A stretch of 64,000 nucleotides of DNA from assembly GCA_965230895.1 (NCBI GenBank), contig OZ246394.1:441316-505315 (forward strand). Reading direction: 5' to 3'. The DNA comes from an uncultured Gammaproteobacteria bacterium (lineage in GTDB: Bacteria > Patescibacteriota > Microgenomatia > Levybacterales > UBA12049). This document shows positions 38,494 to 47,656 of the stretch, piece by piece. A program made the position numbers and the translations under genes. Each line of letters begins with the position of its first letter. Within the stretch, counting starts at the first letter, position 1. The notes beneath the pieces were generated by a model that had not been told where the DNA came from, searched no databases, and worked only from the letters and a program-made list of their open reading frames with translations.

Positions 38494-40713
38494 TTATACT
38501 TTTACTAAATCCTTTTCAGCACGTTTGAGTGATACAGCATTAATAGCAACAATTATTGAGGATAAACTCATTAGAAGGGCAGCCCATTCTGGACGTAGCG
38601 CAATTTTGAATGCCGGATATAAGACCCCAGCAGCTACAGGAATTGCTAAGAGATTGTAAATTGAAGCCCAGAAAAGATTTTGTTTCATTTTGCGTACTGT
38701 TGCTTTAGAAAGTGTAATTGCTCGTAAAATATCAGTTGGATCAGATTTCATAAGCACTACTTTAGCTGTCTCAATTGCGACATCTGTACCAGCTCCGATA
38801 GCAATACCAATATTTGCTTGAGCCAATGCAGGAGCATCATTGACACCATCACCCACCATAGCAACAAATTTCCCTTCATTTTGAAGTTCTTTAACGTACT
38901 TTGCTTTATCTTGAGGCATGACATCTGCAAATACGCGTTGTATGCCGAGCTTTTTAGCGACTATTTCAGCCGTTTTCTCGTTATCACCAGTAATCATTGC
39001 AGTTTCAATACCTAAAGCATTCATCCTCTCTATAGCTTTTCTTGAGGATGCTTTGATTGGATCGGAAGCACCTACAACTGCTTTAATCTTTTTATCAACT
39101 GCAAGTACCATAATCGTTTGTCCATCTCTTAATAATGCATCAATATCATCTTTAAGCGGTTGTATATCAATGTTATTCTTCTCCATCAACTTAACAGTTC
39201 CGACAAGAACTGCCTTCCCATTAACGAGTGCCTTTACACCAAGTCCAGAAAGGTTTTCGAACTTTTCAACTTTTGCCTGTATTTTTACATTGCGTTTTTT
39301 TGCTGCTTCTAAAATAGCATTACTTAAAGGATGTGAAGATTTCTCCTCAGCTGCAGCCATTAAATGCAACATCTCCATTTCATCAACTCCTTTAAGCGTA
39401 ACAATTTTGGTAACTTGGGGCTTTCCATCAGTAAGTGTTCCTGTTTTATCAAGGACAACAGCTGCAATTTTTGATACTTGCTCAAGGGTTGGTGCGTCTT
39501 TAATAAGAATATTATGTTTAGCACCCAATCCTGTTCCAACTGCAACAGCCGTTGGTGTAGCTAATCCTAATGCATCGGGGCAAGCGATAACAACTGCTGA
39601 TATTGCAAAGGTAAGAGCAAACAGCAAAGGTTGTCCAAGAATAAAATACCAAACTACAAATGTTAGTAAACCACTTCCTACAGCAAGAACAACTAAATAG
39701 CCTGCAAAACGATCAGCCAAACGTTGTCCTGGAGCTTTTGAATTTTGTGCAGTCTCTACCATTTGAACGATCTGTGCCAATGCAGTGTCGTTACCAACCT
39801 TTGTAGCCTTAAATCGTACAGATCCTGTTTGATTAATAGATCCTCCAATAACTATATCTCCCTTTTTTCTCGTTACAGGAAGGGACTCTCCTGTAACTAA
39901 AGACTCGTCAATTGAAGTTTCGCCTTCAATAATCTCTCCATCTACTGGTACTTTATCTCCGGGTTTCAAAACGAGAATGTCTCCGAGTTGTACTTCAGAA
40001 GTAGGAAGCATTTTCTCTTTACCATTTTTAAGAACTCTAGCTTGCGGAGGTACGAGATTAAAGAGCGCCTGCAAAGCATCTGTTGTACCTCTGCGTGATT
40101 TCATTTCCATCCAGTGCCCAAAAAGTACAAAGGTAATTAACATCGCAGCCGCTTCATAAAATGTCTCATGACTTCCCATTAGAGTCAGCAGTACACTAAA
40201 AAGGTATGCAGCAGTAATACCCACGGCAATCAAAACTGACATACCCAACTTTTTAGTTTTAAATTCAAAGTATGATGAGTAAAGGAATAACCATCCTCCG
40301 TAAAAGAATACAGGTGTGGTTAACAAAAATAATATCCAAGGAGTTGGAATTGGTTCAGGAAGTGTCCAACCGAGTAACATTTGCCCCATAGAGTAAGCAA
40401 GTATAGGAAGAGTTAACAGTAGAGAAAAGAAAAATTTATTGCGAATATCTTCCTCCATAAGTTTTGCCATTTCACGACCTGTTAGTCCTGTATGATCCAT
40501 ACCCATTGTCATAGTTAAACCCATTTTTTGCTTTTCCCAAAATGACATCTCGGAAACTGGCTTCATATGGTGCATGCCATACTGTCCATCTTCTTTCTTC
40601 TCTTCAACCAATGCCATGCCGCATAGTGGACAAACACCTGGTTTGTTTTGTTGGACTTCTGGATGCATTGGACATCGGTAGCTCTTTATAAAAACTGTCG
40701 AATTATGTTTCAT
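38494..40713 (-). CDS. copA: Copper-translocating P1B-type ATPase
   Basis: N-terminal CPMHPE...CPLCGM metal-binding motif; TM CPD motif (ACPDALGLATP); DKTGTLT phosphorylation site; GDGVNDAPAL hinge. Confidence 0.9.
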   Translation of the reverse strand: MKHNSTVFIKSYRCPMHPEVQQNKPGVCPLCGMALVEEKKEDGQYGMHHMKPVSEMSFWEKQKMGLTMTMGMDHTGLTGREMAKLMEEDIRNKFFFSLLLTLPILAYSMGQMLLGWTLPEPIPTPWILFLLTTPVFFYGGWLFLYSSYFEFKTKKLGMSVLIAVGITAAYLFSVLLTLMGSHETFYEAAAMLITFVLFGHWMEMKSRRGTTDALQALFNLVPPQARVLKNGKEKMLPTSEVQLGDILVLKPGDKVPVDGEIIEGETSIDESLVTGESLPVTRKKGDIVIGGSINQTGSVRFKATKVGNDTALAQIVQMVETAQNSKAPGQRLADRFAGYLVVLAVGSGLLTFVVWYFILGQPLLFALTFAISAVVIACPDALGLATPTAVAVGTGLGAKHNILIKDAPTLEQVSKIAAVVLDKTGTLTDGKPQVTKIVTLKGVDEMEMLHLMAAAEEKSSHPLSNAILEAAKKRNVKIQAKVEKFENLSGLGVKALVNGKAVLVGTVKLMEKNNIDIQPLKDDIDALLRDGQTIMVLAVDKKIKAVVGASDPIKASSRKAIERMNALGIETAMITGDNEKTAEIVAKKLGIQRVFADVMPQDKAKYVKELQNEGKFVAMVGDGVNDAPALAQANIGIAIGAGTDVAIETAKVVLMKSDPTDILRAITLSKATVRKMKQNLFWASIYNLLAIPVAAGVLYPAFKIALRPEWAALLMSLSSIIVAINAVSLKRAEKDLVKV

Positions 40714-40787
40714 ACTATTTTTGCTCTGTATATCAGTGATCTGCTTAGAAGAAGTGCATATGATGCACCTCTCCCAAAAAGATTACT

Positions 40788-41813
40788 TTAGTGGCCACTA
40801 TGACCATCATTACCTAATGGTGCTTCGATATCCACGAGTAATTGTTCTATTTTGCTTATTTCTTGATTTTGAGTTGAAATTATATTGTTTGCTAATGTCT
40901 TTATTTCAGCTCGTTCTGTTTTCTTTAAAACCTCTTGTGCCATTGCAATAGCACCATTATGATGTTCAATCATTCCTTGAAGATATGTTTCTTCTGCTTC
41001 ATGAGATCCTTTACCTTTAATGCTCTGCATCATAGGTTGATATTGACCATTATCTTCGTATTCTGCATCGAACCAGGCTTTATGCCAGCCTTTCATATCT
41101 GCAACCTCTTTCTTTTGTGCATCAATAATACCTTGTGCTAAGGCTTCTATTTCTGGATTGGTAGTTACCGTTAGAATTTCTTCTGAAGTGGTAATAGCTT
41201 CTTCATGATGCGGTATCATGCCTTCAATAAAGGATTTATCATCCGTTACTGTAGCAGCATGAGAACTATGATCAGCAACACTTGCCGGCATCCTTGCGCT
41301 TTCATTTCCATGACCGTGCCCGGATGAAGTATCTATTGTCTTTGCGTAAGCTTGTAAGCCTACAAAAAGCAATCCTACAATTATTACAGAAAATATTGTA
41401 AGCTTTAGTAACTGTTTGAGCTGTAAATGAATATTACTTTTCAATAAATACCCAACCAAAGCAACAATGCCACCTAAAGGAATTAGGTATGTTGCATACT
41501 CTGGAAACTCTTCAAAGTGTTGCACACCTCCTGAAATCATTCCAATTCCTAAAGAAAGAATAAGTGAAAAGAAAATTACTTTGGCAAGTCCTTCTTCCTT
41601 AAAATCTTTCTTGTTAAAAATTGCTTCGTTAATTGTAGAAGCTGCAACAAAGATTATCGCTCCGATTATACCGAGAACTAAAAATCTTGGTGGATCAATT
41701 TGAAAATGAACTATTGCTCCTGAAAGAAATCCAGTACCAATAAAGAGTGAAATATATACTAAAAACTGAATTAAAATACTACGTAAGCGTTTTGTATTCT
41801 CCATTGAAATCAC
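40788..41813 (-). CDS. DUF305-domain membrane protein (copper-resistance associated)
   Basis: Two DUF305 HH motifs (MIPHHEEAITTSEEIL; MIEHHNGAIAMAQEVL) after 4-5 TM helices. Confidence 0.65.
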   Translation of the reverse strand: MISMENTKRLRSILIQFLVYISLFIGTGFLSGAIVHFQIDPPRFLVLGIIGAIIFVAASTINEAIFNKKDFKEEGLAKVIFFSLILSLGIGMISGGVQHFEEFPEYATYLIPLGGIVALVGYLLKSNIHLQLKQLLKLTIFSVIIVGLLFVGLQAYAKTIDTSSGHGHGNESARMPASVADHSSHAATVTDDKSFIEGMIPHHEEAITTSEEILTVTTNPEIEALAQGIIDAQKKEVADMKGWHKAWFDAEYEDNGQYQPMMQSIKGKGSHEAEETYLQGMIEHHNGAIAMAQEVLKKTERAEIKTLANNIISTQNQEISKIEQLLVDIEAPLGNDGHSGH

Positions 41814-41824
41814 CTCCTTTCAAT

Positions 41825-42097
41825 TTAAGACTTTTTCTTAAATACCTGCATTACTTCATTGATCGTTTCTTCTTTATTGCCTTTGCTTATCGCATCGGCA
41901 ACACAAGTCTTTAAATGGTTCTCTAGGATAACGTTTCCAGTTTCTTTCAGACCGCTCTGTACTGCTTGGAGTTGATGCATTGTATCAATACAATATGCAT
42001 CTGTTTCCACCATAGAAATAACCTTATCGAGGTGTCCTCTTGCGATCCTTAATCTGTGAGCAATGCGCTCTTGTTGATCTTTTGGTTGGTATGCCAT
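41825..42097 (-). CDS. csoR: CsoR/RcnR-family metal-sensing transcriptional repressor
   Basis: RLRIARGHLDKVISMVE...YCIDTMHQLQAV (DUF156 with Cys/His metal ligands). Confidence 0.85.
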   Translation of the reverse strand: MAYQPKDQQERIAHRLRIARGHLDKVISMVETDAYCIDTMHQLQAVQSGLKETGNVILENHLKTCVADAISKGNKEETINEVMQVFKKKS

Positions 42098-42120
42098 ATA
42101 TCCCCCCTATGGGGATATAG
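42098..42120 (-). promoter_or_regulatory. CsoR-type operator: GC-core palindrome TATATCCCC-cctat-GGGGATATA directly upstream of the csoR ATG
   Basis: 9-bp inverted repeat with 5-bp spacer, similar in style to known CsoR operators (ATACCC..GGGTAT type); overlaps the RBS. Confidence 0.6.
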
Positions 42121-42207
42121 TACCATAAAGAAGTTTTTTGTCAATATAATGAGAATATAGAAGTTTATATATTACAATTCTTAGATAAAAATTCTATGAG
42201 AAAGATG

Positions 42208-42840
42208 CTAACCCCTCCGTAATAAGCCTGAAAATTTTCCACGTACTTCAAAAGTATCGGTAGGTACTGTAAAAGGTTTGAGAGACGGGTTTCTTGGAAT
42301 AAGAGTAACATTACCATCTTTCATACCTCCATATCTTTTTAATGTTACTTCACCGTCTGAGACTGCTACAATAATATCACCTACCTGAACCTGAGATTGC
42401 AATTGTTGAATTAAAATTATATCGCCATCCCAAATTTCATCACTTATCATTGAGTCACCACTTACTTTGAGTGCATAACAGGTGGATGGACTTGACACCA
42501 TACTTCTAGGAACTGTTATCATTTGTCGTTCATCTTCAAACGGTTCAGATGGTGAACCTGCATGTATTATTCCCAATAAAGGTATGTTTACTGTGTTTTC
42601 AGTATAGCTTGGTGGTTTAAGTCCTCTTGATTGGAAACTTGCTTTTTTCAAATAACCTTTCTTTTTAATTAATTCGATGTGTTCATGTATAGTAGGTGTG
42701 GAATTCCCAAAGTGCTTAGCAATCTCCTGTAGAGACGGAGAAAATCCATGCTGCTGATGAAATGCAAAAACAAAATCTATTATTGCTTTTTGCTTGGGGG
42801 TCAGTGGACGTATGTGTTGGTTATTGACAAGCTTATCCAT
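42208..42840 (-). CDS. lexA: LexA-like S24-peptidase transcriptional repressor
   Basis: N-terminal wHTH (LTPKQKAIIDFV...GFSPSLQEIAKHFG); S24 catalytic Ser (VSGDSM) and Lys (TLKRYG); 210 aa. Confidence 0.8.
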   Translation of the reverse strand: MDKLVNNQHIRPLTPKQKAIIDFVFAFHQQHGFSPSLQEIAKHFGNSTPTIHEHIELIKKKGYLKKASFQSRGLKPPSYTENTVNIPLLGIIHAGSPSEPFEDERQMITVPRSMVSSPSTCYALKVSGDSMISDEIWDGDIILIQQLQSQVQVGDIIVAVSDGEVTLKRYGGMKDGNVTLIPRNPSLKPFTVPTDTFEVRGKFSGLLRRG

Positions 42841-42964
42841 AAGGTATATTATAGCCCTAATCTACCCCTAATACAAGGGGGACAAAAAAACCGCTCGACA
42901 GCAGTTTTTTGTGAGTTTTAGCCTCATTCATAGGCTATCACATGCTGCTTCAGAGGTCAATAGC

Positions 42965-43927
42965 ATGAATTATACTGACCAAGCAATTAGTGATCTTCTT
43001 AAAGCTATGGCTCGCACGAGCCTCAGCAACTTCGTTAGCGAAATAACTGTAAAGAAATCCGAGATAGAACAAGCTTCAAAGAGTTATGGCTACATTTCAG
43101 AAGTCTTGAAGACAAAAGCAGAGGAAGAAAAAATCCCCGCATTAATTCCATATCCTACATTTTTGATAGGTTCTTACCCCCGAGGAACAAAGATCTCACC
43201 ATTGAATGATATCGACATTTTTCTTGTAGCACACGCTTTTGGGACTTCATATGTTAAATGGAGCGACGGGATACATTGGTTTCACGGTGATGTCGAGAAA
43301 TTAAAGAAGTTTTCTCAAGATGGATACACAGTAAGCTCTGTTTCGGTACTGAATTCCATAAAGAAAGCACTTGAAGAGACATATTCTTCAGACATCAGTA
43401 GAAATCAGCAAGCAGTGACTGTATACCTCGAATCATATGGAATAACAATTGATATTGTACCTGCTGTCAGAATTAAAGATGAAGATTTTTTCATCATTCC
43501 TAGCGGCAATGGAAACCCAACTTGGAAATTTTCTCACCCACTACAAGACGCTTTACTACTGGATGAGATACACCTGGCACATAACAATACAATAAAACAG
43601 ACCTTGAAGATAGCAAAATACTGGAACAGAGAGCACAACCATAATAAGCTTAAGTCTTATCATATGGAAGCAGCTGCTTACCACATCTTTGGAAGCTTTT
43701 CAAATCCTACCGCAACAATTCTGGAGTCCTGTCTTACGTACTTCAGTCAGCTTACTTCATACCTGTACTACTGTTCTGATCCTACTGGGATGTCTGAGCC
43801 GATCAGTGGGTATTTGTCAGAGGATGTATTGGATCGCTTGAACCATGAAGTGAGGATCATGGAAGTGCAAAATGCAGCGGCGAAAGGATCTGAAGAATTT
43901 ATTAAATTTTTGAGGAAAGAGAAATAA
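42965..43927 (+). CDS. SMODS/CD-NTase-like nucleotidyltransferase (Pol-beta superfamily; candidate CBASS cyclase)
   Basis: LIGSYPRGTKISPLNDIDIFLV (GS...DxD); third acidic strand GITIDIVPA; C-terminal K..KYW helix (KIAKYWNREH); ATG at 42965 after AGAGGT. Confidence 0.6.
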   Translation: MNYTDQAISDLLKAMARTSLSNFVSEITVKKSEIEQASKSYGYISEVLKTKAEEEKIPALIPYPTFLIGSYPRGTKISPLNDIDIFLVAHAFGTSYVKWSDGIHWFHGDVEKLKKFSQDGYTVSSVSVLNSIKKALEETYSSDISRNQQAVTVYLESYGITIDIVPAVRIKDEDFFIIPSGNGNPTWKFSHPLQDALLLDEIHLAHNNTIKQTLKIAKYWNREHNHNKLKSYHMEAAAYHIFGSFSNPTATILESCLTYFSQLTSYLYYCSDPTGMSEPISGYLSEDVLDRLNHEVRIMEVQNAAAKGSEEFIKFLRKEK

Positions 43928-43930
43928 AGC

Positions 43931-44410
43931 ATGACAGATCATAAACTACTAAAACAAATGGCTGAAGAAGCTATCTACTCCGCAAAAGGACACTTTAAAT
44001 CAAGTGATTGGATTGGGTACTGTTTGTTTCTACTGATAGTAGTTCCATTTATCACTTCTAGCGTCATACTGATCTTCGACGTTGATGATTTTTGGACAAG
44101 AGTATTGGCATTTGTTGGAGCAGTGTTCTCTATGCTGGCGATAGTTTATTCGTTTACTTCCAATCAGCCTCAAGCTAAAAAAAGGATAGAACAACATATG
44201 ACTTTGGGAAATCAGTATCTCGGTATTTATTCAGAGATAAGGGAATTGGTTATGACAAATAGTCAGACACCTACAAAAATACAAAGATTACGCAAAGATC
44301 TCCATGAACTTAATGTGAAGACAAGCAATTGCAAAATTACTTTTTTTGGAAGGTGGCATTCGAAGATAGTTATACATAACGAAGTTGATACAAAATGGTT
44401 ATATGAATAA
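43931..44410 (+). CDS. 2TM SLATT-like effector/membrane protein
   Basis: 159 aa; two adjacent TM helices (WIGYCLFLLIVVPFITSSVILIF; VLAFVGAVFSMLAIVYSF) plus helical C-terminal region; 3 bp after the NTase gene. Confidence 0.5.
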   Translation: MTDHKLLKQMAEEAIYSAKGHFKSSDWIGYCLFLLIVVPFITSSVILIFDVDDFWTRVLAFVGAVFSMLAIVYSFTSNQPQAKKRIEQHMTLGNQYLGIYSEIRELVMTNSQTPTKIQRLRKDLHELNVKTSNCKITFFGRWHSKIVIHNEVDTKWLYE

Positions 44411-44428
44411 CGGAAGGGGGTGATAATC

Positions 44429-44638
44429 ATGGCAGCTAAAAAACCAATTAATCAAGGTAAACCATGGACAGGCGTTCAGGAAACAAATCTAAAAAAACTT
44501 GCTAAAGGAAATACTCCTACAGCTCTTATTGGATATAAGCTTGGAAGAACAGAAAGTTCTATACAATCTAAAGCTCAGGAACTGAATATATCTCTAAAAC
44601 CGGTTAACAAATCACCGTACAATCGGTTAAAGAAATAA
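44429..44638 (+). CDS. Small GcrA-N-like HTH DNA-binding protein
   Basis: WTGVQETNLKKLAKGNTPTALIGYKLGRTESSIQSKAQEL matches the W-T..E..L.KL....s...IA..LGRT HTH pattern; RBS AAGGGGGTGA. Confidence 0.4.
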   Translation: MAAKKPINQGKPWTGVQETNLKKLAKGNTPTALIGYKLGRTESSIQSKAQELNISLKPVNKSPYNRLKK

Positions 44639-44698
44639 TTATGTTCGCCTTTAAATATAACTGCTGACGCTATAGTAAACTTTGCTAAAGTGCGATAT

Positions 44699-44729
44699 AA
44701 GTGTTTGAACTTCCGTAACTCGGGGGTAC
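44699..44729 (+). repeat. 31-bp direct repeat copy A (aagtgtttgaacttccgtaactcgggggtac)
   Basis: 28/31 identical to 48535..48565; contains the TTACGG motif on the minus strand. Confidence 0.7.
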
Positions 44730-44871
44730 ACAAGGCTATTTTTATTATTTTTCTTCAACACTTTTTAACTTCTGAGGCTAAAGTGTGTTTGAGTCCCTTT
44801 AGGTAGTATTCAGATTTATAAGTTCGAATATATATACTCTGAGTCCTCTATATTGAATATACTTAACTCTC

Positions 44872-46128
44872 ATGATATACTTCCTTCTTATGCCTGAAGG
44901 AAATAGAACACATTATTTACAATCAGAACCATATAAACCCGGAGATACTAATTTGAAGGTTCAGTTTTTAAGTAGAGATTTACCTATAGAAAGTACAGGT
45001 GGTAGTAGTACTTATAGACTAGATTTTCTGCGATATTTAAATATGATGGGTTGTAACATTGAGTATAGCCTTTTTAAACATAAGCTTGCTCCACCAAATG
45101 AAGACAGCAACGGTTCACAATCACTTGCAGATATTGCAAATATTGTAACATTAAACTCTGGTGAACAAGCTCCAGTATGGAATGGATTACCTACTTCTAA
45201 AGAAAAAGATTTTTTCTTAGAAAGATTTCATAACTTTAAACCCGATGTTATTGTTATGGATAGAGTATGGTTGGGAGAACTGTTTGATCTTCTACCTAAC
45301 GAGTCTAAAACCATTAAATCAATACTGACACATGATGTTATCTACCAAAGATATGACGCTTTCAGAGCTGCTGGGCTAGAACCTTTCAAAAAAACGGGTA
45401 ACCTATCACACCCAGTTTGGGATAAAGATCTAGAATCACAACAACTTAGAAGGTCAGATATCATACTCGCCATTCAAAATGAAGATAAGAATAATTTCAC
45501 TCAAATGGCTCCAAATTCAGAAGTTATAAATATGCCAATGGCAGCTTCACTCCAACCTTTGAATCCAGACTTACAAGTACCTGGCAGAGTTTTATTTGTA
45601 GGGGGAAGTGCAAGCCACAATGTTGATGGTTTACAATGGTTTTTTGAAGATGTTTGGGATAAAGTCACAGATGAAGTACCTAAAGCGAGCCTACATGTAT
45701 GTGGAGATATCATTAAAGACTTCCAAGGGGACTATTACACAAGTACAGAATTTAGAGGTAGAGTGCCTGATCTATCAAATGAATATTCCCAAGCTGAAGT
45801 ATGTATTGTACCTGTAAGAGTAGGAAGTGGATTAAAAATAAAGCTAGTCGAAGCACTTGCTCACAGTAGAACTGCTGTATCAACAGAAATAGGTGTACAA
45901 GGAGTTGAAGATGTAATTGGCAATGGTGTACTTTTAGCAAATTCTGCTGATGACTTTGCAGAAACAGTAACTAATACCTTAAATAATCCTGTAAACCGAA
46001 AAATAAATGAAATAAAAGGTAGACAATATGCTCAAACGAAATTATCACCTGACATTTCCTACGGTAAATTCGTGCAAACGATTTATGAACGATTAACTTA
46101 TAATGAGGAAGGAAGTCATAATGGCTGA
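44872..46128 (+). CDS. Glycosyltransferase family 4 (possible TTG start near 44953)
   Basis: N-domain STGGSSTYRLDFLRYL; C-domain VPVRVGSGLKIKLVEALAHSRTAVSTEIGVQG...GVLLANSADDF. Confidence 0.65.
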   Translation: MIYFLLMPEGNRTHYLQSEPYKPGDTNLKVQFLSRDLPIESTGGSSTYRLDFLRYLNMMGCNIEYSLFKHKLAPPNEDSNGSQSLADIANIVTLNSGEQAPVWNGLPTSKEKDFFLERFHNFKPDVIVMDRVWLGELFDLLPNESKTIKSILTHDVIYQRYDAFRAAGLEPFKKTGNLSHPVWDKDLESQQLRRSDIILAIQNEDKNNFTQMAPNSEVINMPMAASLQPLNPDLQVPGRVLFVGGSASHNVDGLQWFFEDVWDKVTDEVPKASLHVCGDIIKDFQGDYYTSTEFRGRVPDLSNEYSQAEVCIVPVRVGSGLKIKLVEALAHSRTAVSTEIGVQGVEDVIGNGVLLANSADDFAETVTNTLNNPVNRKINEIKGRQYAQTKLSPDISYGKFVQTIYERLTYNEEGSHNG

Positions 46129-46981
46129 AAAAGACATACTACAGTTAAATCCAAAAGATTTTAAAGGTGGAGTTGAGCTTTGGGGAGTTTTACCACCATT
46201 TTATGATTCATCAAAAAAAGGAGTTAAAACTGGTATTCATGTACATGCATGGGATGAAATTGATGGGGTGAAAGCGATTGATAGGACTTTTAAAGAAGTT
46301 GAGATATTGTCTACAGTTAATAATAAAGAAAAAACGATTGGTATAAATTATGCTGATGCTGTTGACTACTTTGCGAAGAAAATTCTTGATTCAAAATTAA
46401 ATACAAATAGTTTTACAACACATTATGAGCATAGCTGTGAGAACTGTGTCCATGAAAAAGATAATAAACCAAATGCTCATGATAATCCAGTATTTTTAGT
46501 TCAAGAATTGTTTGATTCACGCATAGATTTAGCAGACATTTTAGAAGATGAGCAAACAATTAGTATAGATCATCGTAGTTACAGAAGAGGAATAACTCTT
46601 TGGGGCTCTAGTCCTGCAATCTTAAGAACTTCGCCAAAAGAATTGAGTGAAAAAGCAGGAATACATCTACATGCTTATAATGACGATGGTGAAAGAGAGA
46701 TTGATGGAACTTTTGGAACAGTAATCGTTAATAACGAGATGATAGACAATACAAGTGCACAACATTATATGGCTCAGAATGAGATTCCTTCATTACGCTC
46801 TCATCTTGAAGGATTAAAGTGTAATGGTTGCAATTTCTCACATTTCGACAAAGGATCAAGAAGCAGTCATGCACATACGTCTCATAACTGTGAAAATTGT
46901 GGGACTATCTTTGAATCTAATCCTACTATCAGTAATCCAGTTTTTTCTGTAATTGACTTTTTGGAGAAAAATAAACTTTAA
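46121..46981 (+). CDS. Internally duplicated His/Cys-rich protein of unknown function
   Basis: Two ~125-aa repeats sharing LWG..P, GIH[VL]HA, ID[GR]TF, H.CENC and NPVF motifs; ATG overlaps the upstream stop (ATGGCTGA) with RBS GAGGAAGG. Confidence 0.55.
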   Translation: MAEKDILQLNPKDFKGGVELWGVLPPFYDSSKKGVKTGIHVHAWDEIDGVKAIDRTFKEVEILSTVNNKEKTIGINYADAVDYFAKKILDSKLNTNSFTTHYEHSCENCVHEKDNKPNAHDNPVFLVQELFDSRIDLADILEDEQTISIDHRSYRRGITLWGSSPAILRTSPKELSEKAGIHLHAYNDDGEREIDGTFGTVIVNNEMIDNTSAQHYMAQNEIPSLRSHLEGLKCNGCNFSHFDKGSRSSHAHTSHNCENCGTIFESNPTISNPVFSVIDFLEKNKL

Positions 46982-47610
46982 ACGTTGTTAATTCCTTCGG
47001 CCTCTTCTATAAAAAATTCTGTTCCATCAGATTTCAGAACAAAGTAACCTGTATTTTCAATGCATCCACTAGGTAATTCTTCATACTTTGCAAATCCCAA
47101 ATGTACCAACAGTATTTTCATCATGTTTCCATGACTTGTTATTAGAATATTTTTGTCAGGGTATGCCATTGCTGTTTCTCTAAGAAATAACATTACTCTA
47201 TTTATGACTTCTTCATCATTTTCCATGTCTGGAACAATTCTTGCTTTCAATCTTTCTTGATACGTTAATTCATAAAATTTTTTATATTTCTCAAGTAATT
47301 TCCCTTCTAACTTTTTACCTTCTAGTTCTCCATAAAATCTTTCCCGAAGTAATTTTGTAGTTTCTATTACTAATTTATTATTTGATGCTATTTGTTTGGC
47401 AGTCAATTTAGCCCTTTGAAGATCTGAAGAAAATATTGCGTGGAAACGAATGTTTGAAAACTTATTTGCAAGAGTTTCTGCTTGAATTAACCCCTTCTCA
47501 GAAAGTGAAGGGTCTCTATGTCCTGACAAAACTCCCAAGATCTGGTCTTCGGAATGACCATGTCTAACAATATAAAAAGTGCAATATGAATTATTAGTAT
47601 CGCTCATCAA
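46978..47610 (-). CDS. Histidine phosphatase family protein (phosphoglycerate-mutase-like)
   Basis: YIVRHGHSE catalytic RHG motif; 210 aa. Confidence 0.75.
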   Translation of the reverse strand: MMSDTNNSYCTFYIVRHGHSEDQILGVLSGHRDPSLSEKGLIQAETLANKFSNIRFHAIFSSDLQRAKLTAKQIASNNKLVIETTKLLRERFYGELEGKKLEGKLLEKYKKFYELTYQERLKARIVPDMENDEEVINRVMLFLRETAMAYPDKNILITSHGNMMKILLVHLGFAKYEELPSGCIENTGYFVLKSDGTEFFIEEAEGINNV

Positions 47611-47656
47611 TTTAATTATATTATTTAAAACTTTATATACAAAATATCACAACTTA

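Noticed and set aside
38918-39700. 260-aa +-strand ORF antisense to copA
   Set aside because: It is an Ala/Ser/Thr-rich shadow frame of the GC-richer P-type ATPase gene. copA has all its catalytic motifs intact.
42911-42964. GTG-initiated N-terminal extension of the NTase ORF
   Set aside because: The downstream ATG at 42965 has an AGAGGT Shine-Dalgarno at proper spacing. The extension has none and would intrude on the lexA-divergent promoter region.
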